DNA of 33,041 bases, taken from Escherichia phage 500465-2. This document shows positions 1 to 10,012 of this stretch, one piece after another (positions within the stretch are counted from its first letter, which is position 1; each line of letters opens with the position of its first letter). The DNA is taken from sequence record NC_049343.1; one strand, given 5' to 3'. The translations under genes and the position numbers were made by a program. Under the pieces are notes generated by a model that was not told where the DNA came from, did not search any database, and worked only from the letters and a program-made list of their open reading frames with translations.

Positions 1-106
1 AGCTAACATTCCGTTTAGCCAGGCTGGAACTGTAAGGCACAGAGATGCCTATGAAGCATATGTTCGTGGTTGGCGATTAATACACAGCAACAATTGATAC
101 TTTTGA

Positions 107-129
107 AGCGCCGATAAGGCGCTTTTTTT
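107..129 (+). terminator. Rho-independent terminator-like hairpin (GC stem agcgcc/ggcgct, loop gataa, then T7 run)
   Basis: Seen in sequence: aagcgccgataaggcgcttttttt. Would terminate a + strand gene ending upstream of the window. Confidence 0.5.
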
Positions 130-583
130 GTTTGCACGATAGTGCACAAGTTTGCACAATTTTTTTGAACGACTTTTTGTACTTCCGGCCCGCGTGGTGG
201 CTGGATCCGTCAAGGATCCGTACGTGCACAAAAAAACGCGTTTTTTCTGCGCGCAGGGTGACGGGGGAACAGCCCGCGTTTCAGGGGGTAAATAGCATTC
301 CCTGAACGATGTCGCAGAGATACAACAGAATGGCTGTATTTCTCACGCTGAGCGTGAAAAAGACGTGAGGGCTTTTGATTTGATGGGGTGAAAGGTAAGG
401 CCGTCAAAATCGCACTGAGACGGCGAGAACATGCAGTCAACGCGGTGGGATTGCGTAAGAGTCTGACTGTCGATAATGGCAATCAGCAGGAAAGCGTCGT
501 GAAATTATCTGACTGATACAGGAGCTGGAGAGTCGGGCATAAATTTTTTATGCCCCGGCGAAGCAGCAGACAAGCGAAGCGCG

Positions 584-1628
584 TCAGGATGTGGGCTGGG
601 TGTCTAACAGTGCGTAAGGGTTAAAGCGGATCACCTCTTCGCCAAGCCAGTCATTGATGTGCTTCATGGCCTCCATGACAGGCATCAGCTCGTTAATTGC
701 GTAAACCCGCGCGGCCTTCTCCACATCACCAAACGCACTTTTTTCGCCCGGCATCGCCCCCATCAGTTGCGGCGGAACGCGGTGCGCAGCCAGCACATCA
801 TCACGGGATGCCGCCTTAACATTCATGAACTCATCCTTTGCGGTGATCTGCTGGAACGGCAAAATTTGCACCCCCTCTTTGCCCCCGTTGGGCGCATGAT
901 GAGCACGTTTTTAAACGCACCACCACCACGCGCACCCTGTAACGTTTCTTTCAGGGAGTCCATGCTTTCGCGGTTTACCTGCGCTGCACCGATGTAGATG
1001 ATGCACCCGGCGTGGATCCATTGTCGTAATACAGTTTTCTGAACATGTCCGCCGAATGAGACAGGCTGGCCGAGAGTAATGCGCCAAGATATTCCGCATG
1101 CCGTAAATTTCCTGGTTAATGTCCGGATTCATCAGGTGGCACACTTTGCCAGGGCGAAACTGAAACGCGTCCTTGCCATCCTGCACATACCACCATGATT
1201 CAAGATCGCTTCCGCGTCGCATGTATTTCGCCAGTGCGTGCCGTAATTTAATGTGTTCGCCGAGCATATTGCTCCGAAGCTCAAGGAATGCGTTACCGAA
1301 CACAAACCAGTCCAGCGCCAGCGCCGAGAAATCCTGCCGGGAAAGCAGCGGGGTGCGGGATTGTAGCAACCGAGCAATACATTGCGCTTAAAGTAAAGCG
1401 CAGACTGATGCCAGGACTTTGCCGGGCGGCTCTTGCCAGACCGTACCAGTCCACCGGGGTTTCATACCATCGCCCGTTATCAGCACAGTACATATTGTCC
1501 AGCAGGTCATGCCCGGTCAGGCGATAAGGACCATCAAATGTGAATGCACTGAGCGATGATTCTTTCCTGAGCGCATCAGCGAGATCAATGCGTGAACTCA
1601 TGCGCACTTTTTTATTTTTTCTGCTCAT
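584..1628 (-). pseudogene. Phage portal protein (P2 gpQ-like); reading frame split into three segments (1293..1628, 911..1369, 584..871)
   Basis: N-terminal segment MSRKNKKVRMSSRIDLADALRKESSLSAFTFDGPYRLTGHDLLDNMYCADNGRWYETPVDWYGLA matches the P2 portal N-terminus from memory; total span about 348 codons fits gpQ size. At least two frame changes; could be sequencing indels. Confidence 0.8.
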
Positions 1629-3377
1629 CAGAACTCCATAACCGTGAAACGCTCGTTTTCTCCTTCGCCGCCAATTGGTTCGTTAATGACAGCAAGCATG
1701 GTTGCCCACGCAAGGTCGCCGTGGCTGATCCCCCTCGCGCGGTCCGTTTCGTAAGTGATAAAGCCACCCGGTGTTTTCACCTTACGCACGGCGTTAAAGG
1801 CCGCGACCAGCTCGCGTTCGGCGCGATCGTATTCCCACCGTCCGGCACGCATTATTTGCAGCATTTTCAGTACCAGCGACCGTTTGGATGACAGCGTGAA
1901 GGTGTACGGAATAGCAGCAGGGAAAAACCGCTTCACTATCTGATAAACAGCCTCCCCGTTCCCGCCCGTCACATCAATGCCGATGTGTTCCACGTTGTAG
2001 CGACACGTGAACTCTTCAATGACTCTGGCCTGTTCTTCAAACTCCAGCCCCTGAACGCGTCGCGTCTCCACCGTTCGAAAACGGCCACCAGGAACAGCCG
2101 GAGGAACCACCACGGACACAGCGCCGCTGTCCCCGTTGCCACTGCTGCCGTTTGCGTCATACCAATCCATACCGGACGATTCCCCATCGGGCGGGGAGCA
2201 AAAGGTTTCCAGTCTTTCCAGTCGTCGTATCCGTCAACACCGCAGCCAATCAGGATATTCAGGTTAAATGCCGATTCCCCTTCGCGGACAAACTCACACA
2301 TATAGAGATTGAGGAACTCGTCTTCGGTGTTTTCATCACGAATTTCGTCGATATCGGTGTGTTTCCAGCCGTGTTTAACCACATCTTCCAGCGTGACAAT
2401 TTGCCGCCACGTCCGGTCAGGGCAGATAAGCCCGTTATGCAGCGTTTTCCAGTCCACAGAAAAACGCTGGCGTTTATGCGTGGCCTTTTTCTCGTTCCAG
2501 CGGTCGCCGTTCCAGTAGGCGTATGCCTCGTGCGTTTCGGTGGATGGCGTGGAGAAGTAGGTGCGCCGCAGTCCGCTGAGGGTTGCCATAGCGCCAGCCA
2601 CCTTGCGCAGTTCGGCAAAGCGACTGACCCAGAAAAATTCATCAAAATAAAAATTGCCCGTATAGGACTGTGCCGATGCAGCAGAAGTGCCGAGAAAATG
2701 CAGCTCTGCGCCGTTTGAGAGGATGATTTTATCGCCCCCTTTCAGCTCCACATCAACTTCAGCCGCGGCCTTCTGAATAATGCTTTTAAACTGGAACGCC
2801 TGACGACGCGACGCAGACAAAAAATCTGGTTACGCTGGTAAGGTTGCGCCACATCGTCACGCAGCGCCATCAGCAGCGCTTCCTGTGCAAAATACCAGGT
2901 CGCCCCAATCTGTCGGGATTTCAGGATCATCCTGTTACGTATCCCGGCTTCCCTGCAAAGGGTCAGGGAGTCAAACCAGCCCCGCTGATGCCACTCCAGC
3001 CTGCTGATGATTTTTTCCCGCAGTGCGGCAATCTGTTCCGGCGTGAAATGATTTTTGAGTTTTTTCGCCCGGCCTTTCTTTCCTGTGGCCGTCGCATCCG
3101 GCTGGCCATCATGCAGTTTTTTAAGCTGCCGGGTCAGCAGGTCTATTTCCTTGAAGTCACCACCTGTTTTATTCTGTTTTTCAGTGAGCTGGATGAGGCG
3201 CGCATCGATGGACTGCGTGACACGCTGCACGGGTGGCGTTTCATCCCACTGGTCGCGTTTTTTCCACGCATAAATCGTGTTCGGGTTTATTCCCATCAGA
3301 CGTGATATTTCTGCGGGCGGATAACCCTGCCAGTAAAGTTGCCGCGCACGCTGGCGCACAAAAGCGTCCTGAATCAT
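1628..3377 (-). pseudogene. Terminase large (ATPase) subunit (P2 gpP-like); frame split into three segments (2742..3377, 1969..2820, 1628..2170)
   Basis: Three consecutive minus-strand ORFs in different frames jointly span about 583 codons (gpP size); divergent from scaffold gene O as in P2. Frame breaks may be indel errors. Confidence 0.8.
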
Positions 3378-3530
3378 TGCTCCCCCTGAGTAATTACAGG
3401 AAGATTACCGCGCGCGAAACTGTTCTCCTTAACCCCCTGTTCTGGCCGTTTTCTTACAACAAAAGCCCTTTGTATCAACCTGTTACGCTTTGCCATCATG
3501 ACTGAAGAACCAGTCAGAGGGGCAAAAACT

Positions 3531-4365
3531 ATGGCTAATGAAAAAAAGACATCCCGCAAAAAGTTTCGCGTGGCTGTCTCCGGTGTAACGGCAGACGGGC
3601 GCGAAATCAACGGCGACATGCTGAAAGCTGCCGCCACCAGTTATAACCCGTCCGTTATGGTGCACGTGTGAATATTGAGCACATCCTGTCACCACTCCCG
3701 GTAGCGAGTTTTCCGCTATGGGCGATGTTGTGGGGTTGAGCACCGAAGACATAACCGATGGCCCGCTGGCAGGTCGCACGGCACTGTATGCCGAAATTGA
3801 GCCGACCGCTCGCATGATGTCCCTGCTTAACGATGGTAAAAAAATTTACTCCAGTATTGAGCTGGAACCACAGTCAACCATCACGGGAGGCCCTTACCTG
3901 CGCGGGCTGGCAATGACCGACACCCCTGCCAGCCTGGGCACGGAACGTCTGGCCTTTGCGGCACAACAACGTATGCAACTGATGACATTCAACTGTCAGC
4001 AGGGAGACGTGGCGATGTTTACCGCCGCTATGGAGTCAGAACTTATCGAACTCACCGAACAACGTCAGGAAGAAGGCACCCAGTGGTTTAACCGCGTTAT
4101 GGGGATTATTGGCCGTGGCCGCAAAGCGGATGACGCCAGTTTCTCCCGTATTCAGGAAGCGGTGGAAGGTGTCGCAACGTCACAGGCCGACATTATCGAC
4201 CGTTTTAATGTGCTGGAAACCCGCCATCAGCAGGACAGCCAGAAAATCACTTTACTGACCACAGAGCTGGCAGCACTGAAGGAAAAACTGCGCACGCAGG
4301 ACGGCGATCCGCAGAATCGGTTCACCGCAACGGGCGCAGCCTCCGACCAGCTGGCTGACTTCTGA
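3531..4365 (+). pseudogene. Capsid scaffolding protein (P2 gpO-like); N-terminal 46 codons (3531..3671) out of frame with main body (3718..4365)
   Basis: MANEKKTSRKKFRVAVSGVTADGREINGDML start followed by a premature stop; continuation VNIEHILSPLP is in a second frame and the body ...LGTERLAFAAQQ... in a third, indicating two closely spaced indels. Confidence 0.75.
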
Positions 4366-4388
4366 TAAGACAAAGGAGCAAATTTTTT

Positions 4389-5441
4389 ATGAATCTGGTG
4401 ATGTCAGATATTACCCGCAACAAGCTGGGTTGCTATATGGCGCAGCAGGCGTCGCTTAACAATATCCCGGTTTCCGCACTGGTATCGCGATTTACCGTGG
4501 AACCCTCGGTACAGCAGCGTTTTGAAAACGCCTCAAAGGAAAGCACCGAATTTACAAAAAGAATTAACGTGATCGGCGTGACCGACCAGAAAGGCGAAAA
4601 AATCCTCCTGGATACCACCGGGCCGATTGCGCGCACGAATACCAGTTATGACGGCACAAAACGCCGTAACCCGAATAACGTGGTTGATCTGAAAAACCGC
4701 AAATACCAGTGCGAACAGGTGAACTACGACACGTTTATTTCGTATCCGCAGCTTGATGCCTGGTCGGCACACCCTGATTTTCAGTCCCGCATCAGCGCAC
4801 AGATTGCCCGACAGGTGGCGCTTGACCGCATCATGATCGGTTTCAACGGCACGTCTCACGCGGATGAGTCCAACTTCAGCACCAACAAGCTGCTTCAGGA
4901 CGTTAACGTGGGCTGGCTGGAGCACATCAGAACCGACGCCAGCGAACGCGTTATGAATGACGTGACGCTGACCTCCCGCAACATGGACAACACCGTGGCG
5001 CACGCGGGTAAGTATGCGAACGCTGATGCACTGGTACAGGACGCGCGTTCATCCCTGTTGGATGAATGGCACAAGGAAGCTGACGACCTCGTGGTGATTA
5101 TGGGGCGCAACCTGTTTAACTCGCTGCGTCTGCCCGTGCTGAACAGCATCAGCGGCCAGAATCCCAATGCGGAATTACTCGCCGGGCAGCTCATCCTGTC
5201 ATCGCGCACCATTGGCGGGCTGGGCGTGTTCCTTGCGCCGTTCTTCCCGGATGCAACGATGCTGATCACCTCGTTCAACAACCTGTCGATTTACTGGCAG
5301 AAAGGTTCAATGCGTCGCCTGATGAAAGACGAGCCGGAATACAACCGCATCGCCACCTACCAGTCCATCAATGACGCTTATGTCGTTGAAGACTATGGCA
5401 AGTGCGCGATGGTCACTGGCCTGAAGTTCGCCGACAGCTAA
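4389..5441 (+). CDS. Major capsid protein (P2 gpN-like)
   Basis: 350-aa ORF; conserved blocks (FTVEPSV, GEKI, IGFNG, LQDV.VGWL, VVIMGR, YVVEDY) shared with P2 gpN as recalled; position after scaffold gene. Confidence 0.9.
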   Translation: MNLVMSDITRNKLGCYMAQQASLNNIPVSALVSRFTVEPSVQQRFENASKESTEFTKRINVIGVTDQKGEKILLDTTGPIARTNTSYDGTKRRNPNNVVDLKNRKYQCEQVNYDTFISYPQLDAWSAHPDFQSRISAQIARQVALDRIMIGFNGTSHADESNFSTNKLLQDVNVGWLEHIRTDASERVMNDVTLTSRNMDNTVAHAGKYANADALVQDARSSLLDEWHKEADDLVVIMGRNLFNSLRLPVLNSISGQNPNAELLAGQLILSSRTIGGLGVFLAPFFPDATMLITSFNNLSIYWQKGSMRRLMKDEPEYNRIATYQSINDAYVVEDYGKCAMVTGLKFADS

Positions 5442-5486
5442 TCAACTCACGGCGGGCATCATGCCCGCCAGTAACGGAGAGAACAA

Positions 5487-6287
5487 ATGATTACTCCTGC
5501 ACAGCAACACTGGCAGAACGTGATGGCACAGCGCGCAGGCCGGGCGAATGAAGGCGTGGACCACGCCGCGCGTACCGCGCATGAAGAGGTGCTGTATCGT
5601 CTGCGTCTGGCACAGGCCCGGCTTAAGGGCGTACAGGCCAGAAGCGCGAAAGCCGCCATCAAAAAAGAGTTGTTGCCGGATTTTTCCGGCTGGATTGAGG
5701 GAACGCTGGAGGCTGACGGCGGGCAGCAGGATGAAGTGATTGCCACGCTGATGGTGTGGGCGATTGACTGCGGCGATCTTCCGCTGGCGTTGCGTATTGG
5801 TGCGTATGTGGTCCGTCATAACCTCATTATGCCGGATAACTTTGGCCGTACTGCTGCCACAGTGCTGACCGAAGAAATCTGCAACCCGGTACTGACGCAG
5901 GCCGGGGCGGATGCCGACGCGGATTTGTCCGCCTTTATCGAACCACTGGACACCCTCCGGAAGATTGTCACCGACCAGGACATGCCGGACGAAGTACGCG
6001 CCAAATTATGCAAGGCGTGCGCCTTTGCCCGTCGTGGTCTGACCGATGCAGACAACATGGCCTTATCACTGAAGCTGCTGCGCGAAGCGATGCACCTGAA
6101 CCCGAACGCAGGTGTGAAACGCGAGATTGCAACCCTTTCCCGCGCCCTGAAAAAAGCCGATTCCGCAGCCGAACCAGAAGACGCCAGCGCACCGCAGGCG
6201 CAGGACGAAAGCAGCAAAAGTAAAAAGACAACGCGGAAGCCTGCAACACGAAAAACCACCGCGACGCAGAAGGCGAAGCGCGGTTAA
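5487..6287 (+). CDS. Terminase small/endonuclease subunit (P2 gpM-like)
   Basis: 266-aa ORF with MPDEVRAKL and AGVKKEI-like blocks and a basic K/R-rich C-terminus; synteny N-M-L. Confidence 0.85.
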   Translation: MITPAQQHWQNVMAQRAGRANEGVDHAARTAHEEVLYRLRLAQARLKGVQARSAKAAIKKELLPDFSGWIEGTLEADGGQQDEVIATLMVWAIDCGDLPLALRIGAYVVRHNLIMPDNFGRTAATVLTEEICNPVLTQAGADADADLSAFIEPLDTLRKIVTDQDMPDEVRAKLCKACAFARRGLTDADNMALSLKLLREAMHLNPNAGVKREIATLSRALKKADSAAEPEDASAPQAQDESSKSKKTTRKPATRKTTATQKAKRG

Positions 6288-6379
6288 CGACTGACCCCGT
6301 CAGCGGGCGGCGTGCGCGGTGTTCCGGTTTGACTCCGTGACCGTTTACACCGCGCACCCACCGCCCGATTTTTTCAGGA

Positions 6380-6883
6380 GTGAACCCCATGAGTATGGTT
6401 GCCAGAACCAACCCCGGACCCGCAGAGGACGACATCACCGATACCGATGATGGTGATACCCGTATTTCAGCGGGTGCATTCTGGCCGGATATTGTGCTGC
6501 GTGAGCTGCGTCTGGCGGTACGACTGCCGGGGCGCGTGACCACCTCCCGCCTGCTGCATACCGCCACCGGGGCGGTGGCTCACGTTACCCGCGAGCTGGA
6601 AGCATGGCAGCAGGAACAGCAGGCGGCTGGCCATCAGACGCTGGCCGATGTTCCGGCACCCGTAATTAACGGAGAAAGCGTCAATCTCTGGCACTGGCGC
6701 AATGCGGTTTATACCGCCACGCGCGCCCTGATTCTGGAGCGTTACCGCGATGCGGACACAACGGACAAGGGCGACCGCCGGGCGGACGCACTGGATATAC
6801 AGACATCGGATTTGTGGCGCGATGTGAGCTGGGCCATCTCTGACATTCTGCGCCGCCCGCGAATTTTTGCGGAGCTGTGCTGA
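6380..6883 (+). CDS. Head completion/stabilization protein (P2 gpL-like)
   Basis: 167-aa ORF in the expected position between M and X; alternative start ATG at 6389 behind the AGGAG at 6376-6380. Confidence 0.75.
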   Translation: MNPMSMVARTNPGPAEDDITDTDDGDTRISAGAFWPDIVLRELRLAVRLPGRVTTSRLLHTATGAVAHVTRELEAWQQEQQAAGHQTLADVPAPVINGESVNLWHWRNAVYTATRALILERYRDADTTDKGDRRADALDIQTSDLWRDVSWAISDILRRPRIFAELC

Positions 6884-7137
6884 TGAAAGTGAAGGCACTG
6901 GAAGGCGACACCGTGGATTCGCTCTGTTTCCGGTACTACGGCACGACGCAGGGCGTCACCGAAAAGGTGCTGGATGCCAACCCCGGACTCTGTCAGCAGG
7001 TATTTCTGGACGCCGGGCAGGACGTGGAGATGCCGGAGCCGGAGAAGAAGAAACGAGAAATGATTCAGTTGTGGGGGAGTAGCAGTGAGCACCATTCAAA
7101 CAGGGATCACAGAGCAGGTTATTGCGTGGCTCTTTGA
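6883..7137 (+). CDS. Tail protein gpX-like; as written runs 50 bp into the holin gene, true stop probably near 7083
   Basis: MKVKALEGDTVDSLCFRYYGTTQGVTEKVLDANPGL resembles P2 gpX (67 aa). One extra G in the G5 run at 7073-7077 would give ...QLWGE-stop, matching the P2 X C-terminus. Confidence 0.55.
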   Translation: MKVKALEGDTVDSLCFRYYGTTQGVTEKVLDANPGLCQQVFLDAGQDVEMPEPEKKKREMIQLWGSSSEHHSNRDHRAGYCVAL

Positions 7138-7408
7138 CCACCTGCCAACGGTGTATGCAGTAGGCGCGGCGGTCAGCATTTCCGCGCTGATGAGTCTTTA
7201 TGACGGACGAACACTGGTTCAGACCGTAACGGGATCGCTGGCGTGCGGCGTTCTTGCCATGGCCGTGGCCGGGTCGTTGCGCTTCTTCGGGTTTCCTGAA
7301 GATGCCGTGACGTTTATCGGCGCATCAATCGGTTTTATGGGCGCAGAGAAAGCACGCGACAAGGTTATTGCGGCCTTTAATCGCAGGGTGAAGGAGAAGG
7401 ACGAATGA
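7085..7408 (+). CDS. Putative holin (GTG start, three hydrophobic segments)
   Basis: 107-aa ORF immediately upstream of the endolysin with ATGA overlap; hydrophobic stretches VIAWLFDHLPTVYAVGAAVSISALMSLY, VTGSLACGVLAMAVAGSL, VTFIGASIGFMGA; GGGGGAG RBS before the GTG. Confidence 0.55.
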   Translation: MSTIQTGITEQVIAWLFDHLPTVYAVGAAVSISALMSLYDGRTLVQTVTGSLACGVLAMAVAGSLRFFGFPEDAVTFIGASIGFMGAEKARDKVIAAFNRRVKEKDE

Positions 7409-7797
7409 GCAACACATTTAAATTCAGCAGCCGGAGCGAAAAGAATTTGCAGGGCGTAAATCCTGATCTGGTGAAAGTGACCCGACGGGCACTGGAAATT
7501 TCGGAAGTGGATTTTGGTATCACCGAAGGGTTGCGCAGCCGTTACCGCCAGAAGCAACTTGTGGCCACAGGTAAGAGCCAGACCATGAACAGCCGCCACC
7601 TTACGGGGCATGCCGTGGATGTTGTGGCTTATATCGGCAGCCAGGTGTCATGGGAATGGCCGCTGTACGAAAAAATCGCAGCAGCATTCAGACAGGCCAG
7701 CCGGGAGCTGAATATTCCGGTGGAATGGGGCGGCGACTGGAAGACCCTGAAAGACGGACCGCATTTTCAGTTACCACACGGAGCCTATCCGGCATGA
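7405..7797 (+). CDS. Endolysin, L-alanyl-D-glutamate peptidase (peptidase M15, phage T5 endolysin-like)
   Basis: N-terminus FKFSSRSEKNLQGVNPDLVKVTRRALEIS..DFGI and SRHLTGHAVDV zinc-ligand block resemble the T5 endolysin as recalled; not the P2 gpK lysozyme type. Confidence 0.8.
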   Translation: MSNTFKFSSRSEKNLQGVNPDLVKVTRRALEISEVDFGITEGLRSRYRQKQLVATGKSQTMNSRHLTGHAVDVVAYIGSQVSWEWPLYEKIAAAFRQASRELNIPVEWGGDWKTLKDGPHFQLPHGAYPA

Positions 7798-8201
7798 AGC
7801 TCTGGCCCACGCTGGGTGTCGCTTTCCTTCTGATTGCCGCATGGGGAACATCCATGCGTCTGTCATGGTCGCTGGGCCGGGAGAACGCCAGAAACGAAGC
7901 GCAGGCCAGCACCCTGAAACGTACCGCCGACACCCTGAATATCATCAGCGCCGGGGTACAGGATATGCAGCAGGTGCTGGCGCAACTCCGCGTGGAAAAT
8001 CAGCAACGCAATCAGGACGGAGAGGCAAGACGTGAACAGCTACGCAACGATATTGCAAAAGATGAATGCGCCCACGCTTTGCCTGACGCTCGTTTTACTG
8101 ACAGGCTGCGCAGGCACGCAGAACGCGCCACGGCCAGCGCCGTCAGTCCGGCTTATACCGCAGACGCTGACCATACCGGTAACGCCTCCCCCCTTCCCTG
8201 A
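7794..8201 (+). CDS. i-spanin (Rz/LysB-like inner-membrane spanin)
   Basis: Start ATG overlaps the endolysin stop (ATGA); N-terminal TM MKLWPTLGVAFLLIAAW followed by a charged, coiled-coil-like region; position after endolysin. Confidence 0.65.
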   Translation: MKLWPTLGVAFLLIAAWGTSMRLSWSLGRENARNEAQASTLKRTADTLNIISAGVQDMQQVLAQLRVENQQRNQDGEARREQLRNDIAKDECAHALPDARFTDRLRRHAERATASAVSPAYTADADHTGNASPLP

Positions 8202-8352
8202 CACTCCCACATGGGGAAATCTCGGTATATGGGGCGACCGCCTTCTGGATGCACTGGAAACCTGTAACGCGGATAAACGGGCCATTGAATTACTGGAACA
8301 GCGCAGGCTGCAACGACTGAACAACGAGGACAACAACCATGCTGAAAACTGA
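8032..8352 (+). CDS. o-spanin lipoprotein (Rz1/LysC-like), overlapping the i-spanin in another frame
   Basis: Signal peptide with lipobox LLTGC then a proline-rich segment (PVTPPPFPDTP); overlapped spanin architecture. Start could be 8032 or 8062. Confidence 0.6.
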   Translation: MNSYATILQKMNAPTLCLTLVLLTGCAGTQNAPRPAPSVRLIPQTLTIPVTPPPFPDTPTWGNLGIWGDRLLDALETCNADKRAIELLEQRRLQRLNNEDNNHAEN

Positions 8353-8806
8353 TTCCCTGCGTGAAGCCATGACCCGTTCATGCCGATGGTGTCAGGCCAA
8401 CCCGGAAAAATTCACCATTTTCGTGGAGAGCGGCAACATTGAAACGACCGGAGAAACGCCCTCGTTTGTTTACCGCTATCAGATGGTGATGTTTGTCATG
8501 GATTACGCCGGGGAGCTGGACGACCTCACGCTGCCGCTGCTGGCGTGGTTATCCGAAAATCAGCCACAGTTGTTGCTCAACCCTGAGCGTAATCAGGACC
8601 TCAAATTCTCCGCCGTTATCAATGACGATGACAGCGCCGATCTCCTGTTTACGCTCCCCCTGCGGGAACGCGTTCGCATCACGCGCAGCAGTCAGGGCAC
8701 ACCGCAGGCAGAACACCTGCCGGAGCCAAAACCCCGCCTACCATCTTCCGAAGGCGACTGGTCGCATGTATTCCAGGATGTGACGTGGGGTGAAAGCGAT
8801 GGATAA
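8339..8806 (+). CDS. Tail completion protein (P2 gpR-like)
   Basis: 155-aa ORF; MLK.DSLR N-terminus and LAWL.ENQP block as in P2 gpR; synteny. Confidence 0.8.
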   Translation: MLKTDSLREAMTRSCRWCQANPEKFTIFVESGNIETTGETPSFVYRYQMVMFVMDYAGELDDLTLPLLAWLSENQPQLLLNPERNQDLKFSAVINDDDSADLLFTLPLRERVRITRSSQGTPQAEHLPEPKPRLPSSEGDWSHVFQDVTWGESDG

Positions 8807-9434
8807 GGCATTCACACGCGTGGATGAAACCTTTGAGGCCATCCGCGACAGCCTGAATCAGCAGGCCATCAATAACATCGCCAGAAAGCTGGCACAGGAT
8901 TTACGCCGCGCCCAGCAGGCGCGTATCCGGTCACAGAAAGCGCCGGACGGGACCGCGTGGACACCACGCAGACGCCGCGTAACCCGGATACAGGAACGCA
9001 TTCGCTTTATCTGGAATAACGAAGCACGCACGCTGAAAAACTGGCATCACGACACGGGGAAATACGGGCGAACCATTACCGGGTGGGATAAGGATAAAAA
9101 CAATATCCGCACGTTTTACCGGGATGACATCGACCGTTTTCTGGAAATACGCACCCGGCGCATCAACCAGGACAGCACAAAGCGCGTCCCCATGTTCGTA
9201 AAACTGCGCACCGCCCGCTACCTGAAAGCACGTGCAGATGCTTCCGGTGTGACGGTGGGTTACAGCGGCGTGGCCGCACGTATTGCCCGCGTTCATCAGT
9301 TCGGTAAGCGCGATCAGGTTGCGCCGGGCATTTTCACCGATTACCCGGTACGTGAGCTGCTGGGTATCAGCCAGGCAGATGAGCGCCTGATTTATAACAC
9401 GGTGCTGGGCCGGATTGCGGAGGCTGTACGGTGA
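8799..9434 (+). CDS. Virion morphogenesis/tail completion protein (P2 gpS-like)
   Basis: ATG at 8799 overlaps the R stop; position between R and V; longer than P2 S (about 212 vs about 150 aa). Confidence 0.65.
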   Translation: MDKAFTRVDETFEAIRDSLNQQAINNIARKLAQDLRRAQQARIRSQKAPDGTAWTPRRRRVTRIQERIRFIWNNEARTLKNWHHDTGKYGRTITGWDKDKNNIRTFYRDDIDRFLEIRTRRINQDSTKRVPMFVKLRTARYLKARADASGVTVGYSGVAARIARVHQFGKRDQVAPGIFTDYPVRELLGISQADERLIYNTVLGRIAEAVR

Positions 9435-10012
9435 GCGCAGAACTCATGCGACTGCTGAGCAATATCATCCGCACCGGGATCATCTCTGAAGTTGATGAGA
9501 AGTCCTGGCGCGTGCGCGTTCGCAGCGGCGAACTGGAAACAGGCTGGCTGCGCTGGAACACCACGCGCGCGGGAGCCTTCAATGTGTGGCTGCCGCCATC
9601 ACCAGGCGAACAGGTGGTAATTGCCTGCATTGGCGGCAACCCGGAAACCGCCATGATAATTGGCAGCCTGTGCAGTGATGCCAGTCCGGCCCCCGGCAAA
9701 AGCCTGAAAGAAATCGTGATCAGCGCGCCGGACGGCGCGGTGTTCCGCTACGACGCGGACGCTGGCGCACTGAGCGCCAGCGGCATGAAAACGGCCACTT
9801 TACAGGCATCCGTCAGCGTGAAACTGGATACGCCCGTCGTGGAATGCACAAACCTTCTGAGAACGGCGACGCTTGACGTCACAAAAGGAGGAAAGATGAG
9901 CGGCAATATCACGCACAGCGGCGGCAACTTCACCTCAAACGGCATCACAGTGCATACGCATAAACACGGTGGCGTGAAAGGCGGCAGCGATTCGACAGGA
10001 GGCCCGCAGTGA
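9431..10012 (+). CDS. Baseplate spike/assembly protein V (P2 gpV-like)
   Basis: 193-aa ORF, glycine-rich C-terminus (HTHKHGGVKGGSDSTGG); synteny S-V-W-J-I. Confidence 0.85.
   Translation: MSAELMRLLSNIIRTGIISEVDEKSWRVRVRSGELETGWLRWNTTRAGAFNVWLPPSPGEQVVIACIGGNPETAMIIGSLCSDASPAPGKSLKEIVISAPDGAVFRYDADAGALSASGMKTATLQASVSVKLDTPVVECTNLLRTATLDVTKGGKMSGNITHSGGNFTSNGITVHTHKHGGVKGGSDSTGGPQ

Noticed and set aside
49-482. Two short minus-strand ORFs (60 and 90 aa) in the left leader
   Set aside because: No RBS or recognisable protein features; region is more plausibly the noncoding cos/terminator region.
2152-2718. 188-aa + strand ORF within the terminase large subunit region
   Set aside because: Antisense to recognisable terminase coding sequence; no RBS; shadow ORF.
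4533-5003. 156-aa minus-strand ORF inside the capsid gene
   Set aside because: Antisense to the well-supported major capsid ORF; no independent evidence.
7650-8201. Long N-terminal extension of the i-spanin ORF (start at 7650)
   Set aside because: The extension overlaps the endolysin in another frame; the ATG at 7794 overlaps the endolysin stop and begins a proper TM segment, so the shorter gene is preferred.
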